Source of the DNA: an uncultured delta proteobacterium
GTDB taxonomy: Bacteria > Desulfobacterota > Binatia > UTPRO1
Direction of reading: 5' to 3'
DNA length: 64,000 bases
Assembly (NCBI GenBank): GCA_963797545.1
Contig: CAWCPU010000003.1
Span: 203,505-267,504, forward strand
The notes beneath the pieces were generated by a model. That model saw nothing but the letters and a program-made list of their open reading frames with translations, was not told the DNA's origin and made no database searches. Made by a program: the position numbers and the translations under genes. Below, one piece after another: positions 1 to 14,257 of the stretch (position 1 is its first letter; the number at the start of each line of letters is the position of its first letter).

Positions 1-816
1 GTCGGCACGCCCGCCTTCATGGCGCCCGAGCAAATAGAAGGCGGAACGATTTCGCCGCAGACCGACATCTATGCATGGGGCGTCGTTATGTACGCGATGG
101 CGACGGGCCGCAGACCCTTCGAAGCGTCGAGCCCGACGGCGGTGCAATACAAGCACGTTCACGAGCCGCCGCCACCGTTGCGCGGCATCCGCGCCGACGT
201 ACCGGTGGAGCTCGAGCGGATCATCCTTCGCGCGCTCGAGAAGAGGCCGGAGGATCGCCAACCCACGATGTCCGAGGCGGCGGCGGAGCTGCGCGCTCTC
301 CGCATCTCAGCGTCCGTGGAGACCGTCGTTGTTCCTGATCGCTCGCCTGGCAGGAGCGACTCCGAGGCTGCCGGCGGAACGCTCCCGAAGCGGCCGGTGT
401 CCATGCGGCTCCCAGTCATCGCGGCCGCGAGCGCATTGGTCGCGGCGGTGATTTTCGTCCTGCTCGCGACGAGGTCGAACTACGGGACCAGTGCCGGCGT
501 CGCGGGCACACGCCCGCCGGCGGCGGTCTCGCCCGGCGCAAGCGAACGCCATACGACCGGCGAGACCGTCACGCGGGCTTCGGCAGACACCGGCTCCAGC
601 TCGGCCGTCGACGCCGCTGCCGACAAGGGGGCGGCCGCGGTTCGAGAGTCGCTGACCCTCGCGCGCTTCTTCCTCGATCGTGGCGAGTACGACAGCGCGA
701 TCGAGGAGCTCGAAAGCGCGCTGCAACGTGCGCCCGACGATGAGGAGGTGCGTTCGGCTCTGGAATCGGCGAAGACGGCCCGGGCGGCGGAAGCGAGCGT
801 TCTTGGAGGCGAGTAG
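1..816 (+). CDS. Ser/Thr protein kinase, C-terminal portion (5' end outside window): end of kinase domain, TM helix, Ala/Ser-rich linker, TPR-like tail
   Basis: Frame-1 translation VGTPAFMAPEQIEG...DIYAWGVVMYAMATGRRPF (Hanks subdomains VIII-IX), hydrophobic helix VIAAASALVAAVIFVLLA, TPR-like ARFFLDRGEYDSAIEELESALQ; stop at 814-816. Confidence 0.75.
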   Translation, partial: VGTPAFMAPEQIEGGTISPQTDIYAWGVVMYAMATGRRPFEASSPTAVQYKHVHEPPPPLRGIRADVPVELERIILRALEKRPEDRQPTMSEAAAELRALRISASVETVVVPDRSPGRSDSEAAGGTLPKRPVSMRLPVIAAASALVAAVIFVLLATRSNYGTSAGVAGTRPPAAVSPGASERHTTGETVTRASADTGSSSAVDAAADKGAAAVRESLTLARFFLDRGEYDSAIEELESALQRAPDDEEVRSALESAKTARAAEASVLGGE

Positions 817-960
817 CGGTCGCGTAGCGGGCGTCTCCACCCGTACCCTTCGGCCGTTTGACGGATCGTCAAGGTAGACGCCCGCCGGCGACGCGCGAGT
901 CGACGTGCGCATGTGTTTCTTGTCGCGCGGCGACGAAGCTGCTAGCTAAGGACTTAGCTA

Positions 961-1292
961 TGAGCGCGCGCCGGCGGATGACGTACAACATGCACGAGGC
1001 GAAGACGAATCTTTCGCGGCTGGTCGACGCCGCCTGCCTCGGCGAAGACGTCGTCATCGCCAAGGACGGAGAGCCCGCCGTGCGTCTGGTGCCGGTCGTC
1101 GTCAGGCGCCGCCAGCGACCCGCCGGCCTCTATGCCGGCAAGATTCGGGTCGGGGACGACTTCGACGCGCCGCTGCCCGAGGAGCTGACGGGAATGAGCG
1201 CCGAGCCGGCGACGGGCGCGAGGGACCGCGAGCGGACGCGTCGAGGCACGCGCCGAGCGCGGACGCCGCGTGGCAGGGCTCGGCGCGGGTGA
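961..1292 (+). CDS. vapB: Type II antitoxin, Phd/YefM (prevent-host-death) family, partner of VapC
   Basis: MTYNMHEAKTNLSRLVDAACLGEDVVIAKDGEPAVRLVPV...DDFDAPLPEEL motif; 4-nt ATGA overlap with downstream PIN gene; start could be ATG 961 or 979; unusually long basic C-terminal tail. Confidence 0.7.
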
Positions 1293-1675
1293 AGATCCTG
1301 CTCGATACGTGTGCGTTCCTGTGGTGGATGACGAGCCCGGAGCGCGTCCCTCGGCGACTGCTCGACCGGCTGCGCGATCCATCGAACGACGTTCTCCTGA
1401 GCGCGGCGACCGGTTGGGAGATCTCGGTGAAGCGCACGCTCGGCCGGCTCGAGCTGCCGACGCCGGTGGCGGCGTTCGTTGCTCGGGCCGCCGCCGAGCA
1501 CGCGCTCGAGATCCTGCCGATCTCGATGACGCACGCGATTCGTTCGGGTACGCTCCCCCTCCACCATCGCGACCCCTTCGATCGCCTTCTGATCGCTCAA
1601 GCCGAGATCGAGCGTATGCCGATCGCCACGTCCGATCCGGTCTACAGAACGTACGGCGTCCGCGTTCTCTGGTGA
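1289..1675 (+). CDS. vapC: PIN-domain ribonuclease toxin VapC
   Basis: MKILLDTCAFLWW...LLSAATGWEISVK...DPFDRLLIAQA...IATSD acidic PIN residues; overlaps antitoxin stop. Confidence 0.85.
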   Translation: MKILLDTCAFLWWMTSPERVPRRLLDRLRDPSNDVLLSAATGWEISVKRTLGRLELPTPVAAFVARAAAEHALEILPISMTHAIRSGTLPLHHRDPFDRLLIAQAEIERMPIATSDPVYRTYGVRVLW

Positions 1676-1768
1676 CGACGTGTGTACGCGCTACGGTTGC
1701 AGACGCCCGGCGGGTCGATGTCCGCAGCGAGCGGCGCCGTCGTCCTAGAGGCTAGGAGCTGCTCGCGC

Positions 1769-2207
1769 TCACGACCGCGAGCGTTCCGCGCGCAGCCGAT
1801 CGATGCGCCGCTGCACCCACGCGTCGCGTTCGCGGTTGGCCTCCTCGATCGTCCGAAAGCGCCTGACCCCTCGCGGGATCTGGCGCGCGACGAGCTTGGT
1901 CGAGAACGCCCACAACGCCGCGATGCGCTCGGGCGGCGCGGGGTCCTTCGGGTCGACCCACAGGGCCCGCCGCGCATCCTCGAAGCTGTGAAACCGTCGC
2001 ACCGGCACGTCAGTCGTCGTCGAGCCCGAACTTGTCACAGAGCACGATCGCGTCGGCATGATCGACCGGCCGGAGCGTGTCCCGCTTCATTCGGTAGAGC
2101 ATCTTCGGGGTTGCGAGATGCACCTCGATGCCGTGGACCTCGACGAGCTCCGCTTCAATGTCTTCGTAGCGGAACGCTTCGCCGAGCGAGGCGAGCAAAT
2201 CGATCAC
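1769..2207 (-). CDS. Two small overlapping ORFs (about 65 and 79 aa) of unknown function, possibly a degraded second toxin-antitoxin/nucleotidyltransferase-like cassette
   Basis: Upstream ORF ...[44 protein letters not shown] resembles the C-terminal segment of small nucleotidyltransferase-like proteins; stop overlaps GTG of second ORF ([29 protein letters not shown]...); no canonical ATG for the first. Confidence 0.25.
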
Positions 2208-2291
2208 GAAATCCTCGCCGGGAGGACCGAGCCGTCGCCGTGGTCCGGAACGAGTACCGCTCGCGTCCGGGCCCTGCTAGCGTCGTGAGCG

Positions 2292-5222
<2,931 letters not shown>

Positions 5223-5233
5223 GGCGCGGCGGC

Positions 5234-5839
5234 TCAGGTCTGCGCGAGCGTTTTCTGAAAGGCGGGCCGGGCGCTCAGGCGCTCGAAGTACGCGTTCACG
5301 TTCGGGTACGCGTCGCCGAGGACGCCGAGCATCCTCGCCACCATCAGCGTGTAGCCGAGCATGATGTCGGCGCCCGAGAACTCCTTGCCGAGAATGTAGT
5401 CCTTGCCCGCGAGCGCGGTCTCCAGTCTCTTCATCGAGACCGCCGCCGTCCGGCGGGCGTCGTCGACGACCGCGGGGATGCGCTCCGATTCGGGTTTGAA
5501 CATCGTATGGAACGCGATCTGGGCGAGCGGCGGAAAGAGAGAGGCCTCGGCGAAGTGCACCCACTGGAGAAAGCGGCCGCGCTCGGGTGTGCCGGGAGCG
5601 GGGGCCAGGCGACCGGCGCCGTAGCGCTCGAGGATGTACTCGAGGATCGCGCCCGACTCGAACATCGTGAGATCCCCGTCCTGGATCGCCGGGAACTTCC
5701 CGGTCGGCGTCGCCTGCGAGTAGGGCGTCGCGGGCGGCACGAACGCGACGTTCTCGAGCTCGTAGGGAACCCCGAGCTCCTCGAGAAGCCAAAGGATGCG
5801 GACCGAACGGGTGAGCGGTGCATGGTAGAGCTTGATCAT
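5234..5839 (-). CDS. Glutathione S-transferase
   Basis: MIKLYHAPLTRSVRILWLLEELGVPYE...FPAIQDGD...ESGAILEYI thioredoxin-like N-domain plus helical C-domain; intact 201 aa. Confidence 0.85.
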   Translation of the reverse strand: MIKLYHAPLTRSVRILWLLEELGVPYELENVAFVPPATPYSQATPTGKFPAIQDGDLTMFESGAILEYILERYGAGRLAPAPGTPERGRFLQWVHFAEASLFPPLAQIAFHTMFKPESERIPAVVDDARRTAAVSMKRLETALAGKDYILGKEFSGADIMLGYTLMVARMLGVLGDAYPNVNAYFERLSARPAFQKTLAQT

Positions 5840-6067
5840 CTCGGCGACCCTCCGTCGGGTCGTGGTGCCTCAGGCCGAAGGCCGACGCAAGGGCCGCAGG
5901 GGAAAGCACGGCCCGGCGCGATACCGCCCATGTGGGGAGCAATCATGGAGATTGCCACGAGCGCATTACTGGGGTTGACGCGCCTGGCGAGCGCCTCTAT
6001 ATCAGGTCTTACCGGTCGGAATTGGTCGTATCCGGGACGGGTGTGACCAGCCTCTGGAGGAGAACCC

Positions 6068-7290
<1,223 letters not shown>

Positions 7291-7309
7291 GGCCGGAAGG
7301 AGAGAAGCC

Positions 7310-7720
7310 ATGGCATACAGCGACAAAGTGCTCGATCACTACTAGAACCCGCGCAACGTCGGGAGCTTCGCCAAGGACGAGCCCAACGTCGGGACGGGCA
7401 TCGTCGGCGCGCCGGAGTGCGGCGACGTGATGAAGCTCCAGCTCAAGATCTCCGAGGACGGCGTCATCGAGGACGCGCGCTTCAAGACCTTCGGCTGCGG
7501 CAGCGCGATCGCGAGCTCGAGCTACGTCACCGAGCTGATCAAGGGGAAGACGATCGACGAGGCGTACTCGATCAAGAACACGCAGATCGTCGAGGAGCTG
7601 AAGCTGCCGCCGGTCAAGATTCACTGCTCGGTGCTCGCGGAGGACGCGATCAAGGCCGCCATCGGCGACTGGAGGAATCGCAAGCCCGGCGCGGAGCAAG
7701 CCGAGAAGAAGGTCGGCTGA
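7310..7720 (+). CDS. iscU: Fe-S cluster scaffold IscU, interrupted by an in-frame TAG at 7343-7345
   Basis: [45 protein letters not shown]...[14 protein letters not shown]...[20 protein letters not shown]; the stop replaces the conserved Glu of HYENPRNVG. Confidence 0.75.
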
Positions 7721-7739
7721 AAGGAACGAGGAACGCGAC

Positions 7740-8066
7740 GTGGCAGCGATCACCGTCAGCGACGAGGCCGCGAAGAAGATCCACGCGCTGGTCGAGTCGA
7801 TGCAGAAGCCGGATCACGGCCTGCGGCTCAAGGTCGTCGGCGGCGGTTGCTCGGGCCTGCAGTACAAGATGGACGTCGACACGCCGCGCGACGGCGACAA
7901 GGTCTTCGAGAACGACGGCGCGAAGGTGCTCGTCGACCGCAAGAGCTTTCTCTACTTGAACGGCACCGAGGTCCACTACGAGGAAGGACTGATGGAGTCG
8001 GGTTTCAAGCTGCGGAACCCGAACATCAAACGCGCGTGCGGGTGCGGAGCATCCTTCACGGTCTGA
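7740..8066 (+). CDS. iscA: Fe-S cluster insertion protein IscA/ErpA family
   Basis: ITVSDEAAKKIHAL...LRLKVVGGGCSGLQYKM...CGCGASFTV (three-Cys A-type carrier signature). Confidence 0.85.
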   Translation: MAAITVSDEAAKKIHALVESMQKPDHGLRLKVVGGGCSGLQYKMDVDTPRDGDKVFENDGAKVLVDRKSFLYLNGTEVHYEEGLMESGFKLRNPNIKRACGCGASFTV

Positions 8067-8110
8067 GCAGGTGCGAATGCTCCTCATGTGCTTCACGGAC
8101 GTGACCAACG

Positions 8111-8836
8111 ATGGCGACGACGGACACTCATCTCTGTATGAATTGCGGCAAGCCGGCGGCGGGCCAGCTCGTCTGCGAGGGATGCGGTGTCGTCCGCCCG
8201 CTCCAGGCTGAGCCGGACTTCTTCTCCCTCTTCGGGCTCGCCCAGTCGCTCGCCGTCGATGCCGCGGATCTCGAGCGCCGCTACTACGCGCTCTCGCGCG
8301 AGCTGCATCCGGACCTGTTCCACGATCGCTCGCCGGCGGAGCAGGCCGCGAGCCTGCAGACGACGGCGCTCGTCACCCGCGCGTACCGCACGCTGAAAGA
8401 TCCGGTCCAGCGCGGCCTCTACTGGCTGTCGTTGCACGGCGAGTCGCTCGGCCGCGACAACGAGCGCGTTCCGGCGGAGCTGGCGTCGCTGGTGTTCGAG
8501 GTGCAGGAGAAGCTCGAGGAGCTGCGTCGGGCACGCGGCGGCGGCGGTGGCGCCGCCGCCGAGGCGGACGAGCTGCGCGAGATTCGCGCCGAGCTCCGAG
8601 TCCGGCTGGACGGCTTCGAGCAGAGGCTGCTCGAGACCTACGCCCGCGACCGGAAGGACGGCGCCCGTGCCGACGAGCGCCGCGGAGCGGGTGCCGGCGG
8701 CGGCGCCGAGCGTGGCGCTCGCGACGGCGGCGCGGCGCTCGCCGACATCAAGCGGATTCTCTCGGAGCTGCACTACGTCCGGACCCTCGCCCGCGACGTC
8801 GACAAGGAATTGGAGCCGCAGTGGAACGCATCGTAG
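8111..8836 (+). CDS. hscB: Co-chaperone HscB (J-domain protein) with N-terminal Cys-rich zinc-binding extension
   Basis: CMNCGK...CEGCG, J-domain FFSLFGL...YYALSRELHPD (HPD motif), helical C-domain. Confidence 0.8.
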   Translation: MATTDTHLCMNCGKPAAGQLVCEGCGVVRPLQAEPDFFSLFGLAQSLAVDAADLERRYYALSRELHPDLFHDRSPAEQAASLQTTALVTRAYRTLKDPVQRGLYWLSLHGESLGRDNERVPAELASLVFEVQEKLEELRRARGGGGGAAAEADELREIRAELRVRLDGFEQRLLETYARDRKDGARADERRGAGAGGGAERGARDGGAALADIKRILSELHYVRTLARDVDKELEPQWNAS

Positions 8837-10564
8837 GCATCGATCTCGGCACGACGAACAGCCTCGTGGCCGTCCTCGAGGACGACGCGCCGCGGGTCAT
8901 CGCCGACGTCCGCTCGGGGCGGAAGATCGTGCCGTCGGTGGTGTCGTTCCCCGCCGGCGGCGAGGTGATCGTCGGCGACGAGGCCCGCGCGCTCGCCGTC
9001 ACGTCGCCCGCGACGACGATCCAGTCGGTGAAGCGGTTCATGGGTCTCGGACGCGAGCACGTGAGCGACGTCGATCGGCAGCGCTACTCGTTCGCCGACG
9101 AGCCCGGCGTCGTGCGGTTCCGGATCGGCGCGCGCAGCCTGACGGCGCCCGAGATCTCCGCGTTCATCCTGCGCGAGCTCGAAGCGCCGCGCCGAGGCAG
9201 CGCTCGGCGAGGAGGTGCGCAAGGCCGTCATCACCGTTCCCGCGTACTTCAACGACAGCCAGCGGCAGGCGACGAAGGACGCCGGCCGGCTCGCCGGCCT
9301 CGAGGTGCTGCGGCTGGTGAACGAGCCGACGGCGGCGGCACTCGCCTACGGCCTCGATCGGAGGAGCGCGGGCGCCGTCGCGGTGTACGACTTCGGCGGC
9401 GGCACCTTCGACATCTCGATCCTGAAGCTCGAGCGCGGGATCTTCGAGGTGAAGGCGACGAACGGCGACACCCGGCTCGGCGGCGACGACGTCGACGAGG
9501 CGCTCGCCGCGTGGTTCCTCGACGGCAGCGGCCTCGATCCGGCGCTCGCGGCGAGCCGCGAGGTGCGGGCGATCGTCCGGCGGGCGGCCGAGGACGCCAA
9601 GTGCCGGCTCTCGAGCGTGCGAACGCGACGGAGATGACGGTCGTCCTCCCGGACGGCACGCGGCGGAGCCGCACGCTCGACGCGCGCGGAGCTCGAGGCG
9701 CTCGATCGCGCCGATCGTCGAGCGGACGCTCGGTCCCTGCCGTCAGGCGCTCGCGCGACGCGGGGATGACGCCCGCCGAGATCGACGCGGTCGTCCTCGT
9801 CGGCGGCAGCACGCGGATTCCGCTGGTGCGGCCGCGCGTCGCGCGAGCTCTTCGGCCGCGAGCCGCTCTGCGAGCTCGATCCGGACGAGGTGGTCGCCCT
9901 CGGCGCCGCGGTGCAGGCCGGCGATTCTCGGCGGCCGCCGCAAGGACATGCTGCTGCTCGACGTCGTCCCGCTCTCGCTCGGCATCGAGACCATGGGCGG
10001 CGTGATGACGCGGCTCATCGAGCGCAACACGACCATCCCGACGAGCGTCACCGAGACCTTCACCACCGCCGTCGACAATCAGACCGGCGGTGGACGTCCA
10101 CGTCCTCCAGGGCGAGCGCGAGCTCGCCGAGGACTGCCGGAGCCTGGCGCGCTTCGCGCATCCCGATCGAGCCGGCGACCGCCGGGCTTCCCGCGCGTCG
10201 ACGTGGTGTTCATGATCGACGCCAACGGCATCTTGAACGTCACCGCGCGCGACGTCCGCACCGGCAAGCGAGCGCTCCGCTCGACGTCAAGCCGTCCTAC
10301 GGCCTCACCGACGAGGAGATCGAGCGGATGCTCGAGGAGTCGATCGATCACGCCGAGGAGGACGTCGCGGCGCGCTTGCTCGCCGAGGCCCGCACCGACG
10401 CCGAGACCCTGATCCGCCAGATCGAGCGGACGATGCGCGAGCGCCGCGAGTTCGCTCGACGCCGGGGAGCGGGCGGCCGATCGAGCGCCGCCATCGCCGC
10501 GCTCCGCGCCGCGATCCGGGAGACCGACTACAACCGCATCCGCGAGCTCGACCGACCGGGCTGA
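8821..10564 (+). CDS. hscA: Hsp70-type chaperone HscA, several frameshifts
   Basis: [105 protein letters not shown]; fragments in three frames. Confidence 0.8.
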
Positions 10565-10652
10565 ACGAGGCGTCGACGCCGTTCGCGCAGCGGATCATGG
10601 CGGCGTCGCTCAAGCAGCGCGCTCGAGCAGAAGCGCGCTCGGAGGTGGCGCC

Positions 10653-10866
10653 GTGAGCACTCAAGTGGGACGACGCGGAGGACATCGCGATCGCGCTCGC
10701 GGACGCGCACGACGGGCGTCGATCCGCTGAGCGTCCGCTTCACCGACCTCCACCGGTTCGTGACCGAGCTGTCGGAGTTCGACGACGATCCGAAGGCGTC
10801 GAGCGAGGCGAAGCTCGAGGCGATTCAGATGGCGTGGCTCGAAGAGCACCGCGAGCGGCAGGACTG
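10653..10866 (+). CDS. iscX: IscX (YfhJ) Fe-S assembly accessory protein, frameshifted
   Basis: LKWDDAEDIAIALADAH ... SVRFTDLHRFVTELSEFDDDPKASSEAKLEAIQMAWLEE matches E. coli IscX MGLKWTDSREIGEAL...VRFTDMHQW...FDDDPQASNEKILEAI; RBS GGAGGTGG before GTG 10653; one-base indels near start and near 10700. Confidence 0.5.
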
Positions 10867-10879
10867 ACAGGAGCCGACC

Positions 10880-11338
10880 ATGGCACTCATGCAGGTGAGT
10901 CGAAAGATCGATTACGCGCTGCGGGCGGTGATCTACCTCGCGCTCCAGAACGAGCGGCGGCCGTGCTCGGTCGCGGAGATCTCGGCGCGCGAGCGGATCC
11001 CGAAGAAGTTCCTGGAGAAGATCATCCAGGACCTCATCCACCACGGGCTGGTGCGCTCGACGCGCGGCGCGCAGGGCGGCTATACGCTGGCGCGCGCGCC
11101 CGAGACGATGACGTTCAAGGACGTCATCGAGGCGATCGAAGGGCCGGTGTCGCTGAACGTCTGCGTCGGCGACAACGGCGAGAGCTGCGAGTGCACGCTG
11201 CTGCCGAACTGCGCGATGCTGTGGGTCTGGCGCGAGGCCCAGCAGCGCGTGATGGAGGTCTTCGCGAAAACGACGCTCGCCGACGTGCGGAAGAAACACG
11301 CGGCGATGCCGCCGGCGATCGACGCCGCCACGGGTTGA
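10880..11338 (+). CDS. Rrf2-family transcriptional regulator (IscR/NsrR-like, Cys cluster ligands present)
   Basis: MALMQVSRKIDYALRAVIYLA...SVAEISARERIPKKFLEKIIQDLIHHGLVRSTRGAQGGYTLAR wHTH; CVGDNGESCECTLLPNC cysteine motif. Confidence 0.85.
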   Translation: MALMQVSRKIDYALRAVIYLALQNERRPCSVAEISARERIPKKFLEKIIQDLIHHGLVRSTRGAQGGYTLARAPETMTFKDVIEAIEGPVSLNVCVGDNGESCECTLLPNCAMLWVWREAQQRVMEVFAKTTLADVRKKHAAMPPAIDAATG

Positions 11339-11396
11339 CGGCGAATAAATCGGAGCGAGATTCGTCTAACGTTGCATTGGCGACGGGGTACATACG

Positions 11397-11840
11397 ATGA
11401 CAGACACGACGCTGGATGAACGATTCACCGGCCTGGTGCCGGACACGGTGTTGCCGGATCAGTACTTCGGGGCGATGCGCCAGAACGCGCAGCTCGACGG
11501 TGAGCGGCGCCTGATGCTCGCCGTCCTGGAGGACGCCGTCAACGTCTTCAAGAAGCAGGTGCTCGCGACCGATCCCAAGGCGCGTCAGCTTTTCGTCGAG
11601 GCCGAGGAGTGGATCACGCACGACGATCCCTCGTGGTTCTTCTCGTTCACGAACGTCTGCGACACGCTCGATCTCGACCCCGAGTACATCCGCAACGGGC
11701 TGCTCCGCTACAAGGAGAAGGTGCTGGCCGCGCACGCCAAGCGGGAGCCGCAGGACGACGCCGGCGAGGAGCATCGATCGCGCGACGGTGAGACGGCGCT
11801 CGACGACGACACGGTTCTCCTGAAGGCGAGCGGGGCCTGA
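11397..11840 (+). CDS. Hypothetical protein (147 aa, acidic C-terminus)
   Basis: ATG with upstream GGGG spacer; protein-like composition; no family recognised. Confidence 0.5.
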   Translation: MTDTTLDERFTGLVPDTVLPDQYFGAMRQNAQLDGERRLMLAVLEDAVNVFKKQVLATDPKARQLFVEAEEWITHDDPSWFFSFTNVCDTLDLDPEYIRNGLLRYKEKVLAAHAKREPQDDAGEEHRSRDGETALDDDTVLLKASGA

Positions 11841-11845
11841 GCGCC

Positions 11846-13753
11846 GTGGCCGGCGCGACGACGCGCGAGCGGCAGGCCGCCGAGCGTCCTGCCGCTTTTT
11901 TTTCAGCCGCGGGCGCGCCGCGCGCCGGCGGCGTCCGCCGTGCCCTCACCGTCGCGTGGCTCGCGACGAGGGCCGGGCTGCGACGCCTCCGGCGGCAGCG
12001 GCCGTACAACGTGCTCCGGATCGAGCTCAGCGGCGAGCTCGCGGAAGGCGAGCCGGGCGGCATCCGTCCGTCCGTCTTCGGCGGCGGCGGCGCGCCGATG
12101 GATCTCTTGACCTTGATCGCGACGCTGCGGACGGCGCGCGAGGACCCGATGCTCGGACTGGTGCTGCTCGACGTCCACGGCCTGCGCGCCGGATGGAGTC
12201 GCCTGCAGAGCCTGCGGCGCGCGTTGCTCGCGCTGCGCGCGTCCGGGAAACGCGTGTGGGCATACCTCTCCGACGCGGGGATGCCGGAGTACTACCTGGC
12301 GAGCGCGGCCGACCGCGTCTTTCTCGCGCCGACCGCGACGTTCGACGCGACCGGCCTCGCGAGCGAGGTCGTCTTCGTGAAAGGCGCGCTCGACAAGCTC
12401 GGCATCGAGGCGCAGCTCGCGCGCGCCGGGCGGTTCAAGTCCGCGGGCGAGCCGCTCACCCGAACCAGCATGTCGGCCGAGCATCGCGCGATGCTCGACG
12501 AGCTGCTCGACGATCTCTACGCGCAGCTCGTCGGCGACGTCGCGACCAGCCGCCACGTCGACGCGGAGACGGTGCGGAGCGCGTTCGAGCGCGGCCCGCT
12601 GCTGCCGGCGGACGCGGTCGCACGCGGTCTCGTCGACGCCATCGCCTATCCCGACGAGGTCGAGGACGCCCTCGCCGAGCGGTTCGGTGATCCCGCGCCG
12701 ATCGATCTCGGCAGGTATCAGCGCCGCCGCGCGCTCGACGTCCGTCGCGCCGCCGTGGGTGCGCCGCTCGTCGGCCTGCTGTCCGTGACCGGCGCGATCG
12801 GCGTCAGCGCCGCGCTTCCGGCCGGACGCACGCCGCAAGCGAGCAGCTGGCGCGCGTTCAAGCGCGAGCTCGCGGCGTTCGCGGAGGACCGTCGCGTTCG
12901 CGCGATCGTGCTGCGCGTCGACTCGCCGGGAGGCTCGGGTCTCGCCTCGGATCTGATGTGGCGTGAGGTCGTTCAGGCGCGGCGGCGAAAGCCGGTCGTG
13001 ATGTCGATGGGCGACGTCGCGGCCTCGGGCGGCTACTACCTCGCCGCCGCCGCCGACCACGTGACCGCCGAGGGCGCCACGCTCACCGGCTCGATCGGGG
13101 TGCTGGCGGGAAAGCCCGTCCTGCGCGGTCTCTACGACCGTCTCGGCATCACCAAGGAGCTCGTCGTCCGCGGCAACGCCGTCCGTCATTCCGACTACCT
13201 GCCGCTCGACGACGTCGAGATCGCGCGCCTGCGCGACGAGGCGGAGGCGTTCTACGCGACCTTCGTCACGAAGGTCGCCGACGGGCGCCACCTCACCCGC
13301 GACGCCGTCGAGCACGTCGCCGAGGGTCGCGTGTGGAGCGGCCGGCAAGCGCTCGCGCGCGGCCTCGTCGACGCGCTCGGCGGCGTCGAGCGCGCTCTCG
13401 AGGAAGTGAAGCAACGGCTCGGCATCCCGCTCGACTCGCGCGTCGCGATCGACCGCCGCCCTCGCGCCCGCTCCTTGTGGCGCATCGCGCGCGCCGCGAC
13501 GTCGCCCGCCGGCGCGCTTGCCGCCGAGCTCGAGCTCGTCGCCCCGATCGTCGCCGGCGAGCGCCTGCTCGCCGTGATGCCGTTCACCGTGAGCCCGCCG
13601 AGCAGCGCGAGCTCCGCTCTCGACGCGGTCTCGCGCTACGTCGAGGCGTCGATCGCCGAAGCCGTCGCAGCTCCACGCTGGTCCGTCGTGATCGAGACGA
13701 TCGCGTCCGCCGTCGCAGGTGTGTTCGCGTCTCGTCGCCCGCTCGTCTTCTGA
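11846..13753 (+). CDS. sppA: Signal peptide peptidase SppA (protease IV, 67K type, tandem ClpP/crotonase-fold domains), intact
   Basis: Two S49 repeats; SMGDVAASGGYYLAAAADHVTAEGATLTGSIGV with catalytic Ser, ...RVWSGRQALARGLVDALGG; GTG start 11846. Confidence 0.85.
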   Translation: MAGATTRERQAAERPAAFFSAAGAPRAGGVRRALTVAWLATRAGLRRLRRQRPYNVLRIELSGELAEGEPGGIRPSVFGGGGAPMDLLTLIATLRTAREDPMLGLVLLDVHGLRAGWSRLQSLRRALLALRASGKRVWAYLSDAGMPEYYLASAADRVFLAPTATFDATGLASEVVFVKGALDKLGIEAQLARAGRFKSAGEPLTRTSMSAEHRAMLDELLDDLYAQLVGDVATSRHVDAETVRSAFERGPLLPADAVARGLVDAIAYPDEVEDALAERFGDPAPIDLGRYQRRRALDVRRAAVGAPLVGLLSVTGAIGVSAALPAGRTPQASSWRAFKRELAAFAEDRRVRAIVLRVDSPGGSGLASDLMWREVVQARRRKPVVMSMGDVAASGGYYLAAAADHVTAEGATLTGSIGVLAGKPVLRGLYDRLGITKELVVRGNAVRHSDYLPLDDVEIARLRDEAEAFYATFVTKVADGRHLTRDAVEHVAEGRVWSGRQALARGLVDALGGVERALEEVKQRLGIPLDSRVAIDRRPRARSLWRIARAATSPAGALAAELELVAPIVAGERLLAVMPFTVSPPSSASSALDAVSRYVEASIAEAVAAPRWSVVIETIASAVAGVFASRRPLVF

Positions 13754-13762
13754 GAGCCCGCG

Positions 13763-14041
13763 GTGCCGCTCGCGATCCCCGTCGACTGCCCGGCGTGCGG
13801 CGTCCGCCTCCACCGCAAACCAGGCGGCCGCTGCCCCGAGTGCGGTGCCGACGTCACCCAGCACGTGACCACGACCCGCACCCGCGAGGAGCGCATCGAG
13901 CGCGTCGTCGCCGTCGTGAGCACCGTCCTAGTGCTCGCCGTCCTGCTGCTCGGCGGCGGTATCGGCCTGGCGGAAGGCGTTCTTGCCTACGCCATCGGCG
14001 GCGCCCTCGTCTGGTTCCTCGCGAAGCGGCTCTTCTTCTGA
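13763..14041 (+). CDS. Small membrane protein with N-terminal zinc ribbon (CPACG...CPECG) and two TM helices
   Basis: 92 aa, CxxC-x11-CxxC then VVAVVSTVLVLAVLLLGGGIGL / AYAIGGALVWFLA helices. Confidence 0.5.
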   Translation: MPLAIPVDCPACGVRLHRKPGGRCPECGADVTQHVTTTRTREERIERVVAVVSTVLVLAVLLLGGGIGLAEGVLAYAIGGALVWFLAKRLFF

Positions 14042-14060
14042 TCGCGCGAGCCGCGGCGTT

Positions 14061-14220
14061 CCGTGACGGTTGGTCGTGATCCGGCGTATCCCCGCGCCGC
14101 CACGGGGGACCGCTCGACGTAGTGATACCGAGGTCAGGCCGGATTCACGGCCGTCACGATACCCGCCGGAGGGCGGTCCCAACGCGGCGGCGCGGGGACA
14201 CGCCGGACCACGACCAACCG
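14061..14220. repeat. About 160-nt imperfect palindrome (35-nt arms 14067-14101 / 14186-14220, 33/35 matching, with a nested 8-bp inverted repeat ccgtgacgg/ccgtcacgg) in convergent intergenic space
   Basis: cggttggtcgtgatccggcgtatccccgcgccgcc vs reverse complement of ggcggcgcggggacacgccggaccacgaccaaccg; lies between stop of 13763..14041 and stop of sir2. Confidence 0.5.
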
Positions 14221-14257
14221 CGGCAGCGCCGCGGTACGCTGCAATCGGAAGAGAAAG

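Noticed and set aside
11903-13864. 653-aa minus-strand ORF antisense to sppA
   Set aside because: sppA on the plus strand is intact with clear S49 motifs; antisense ORF is a GC artefact.
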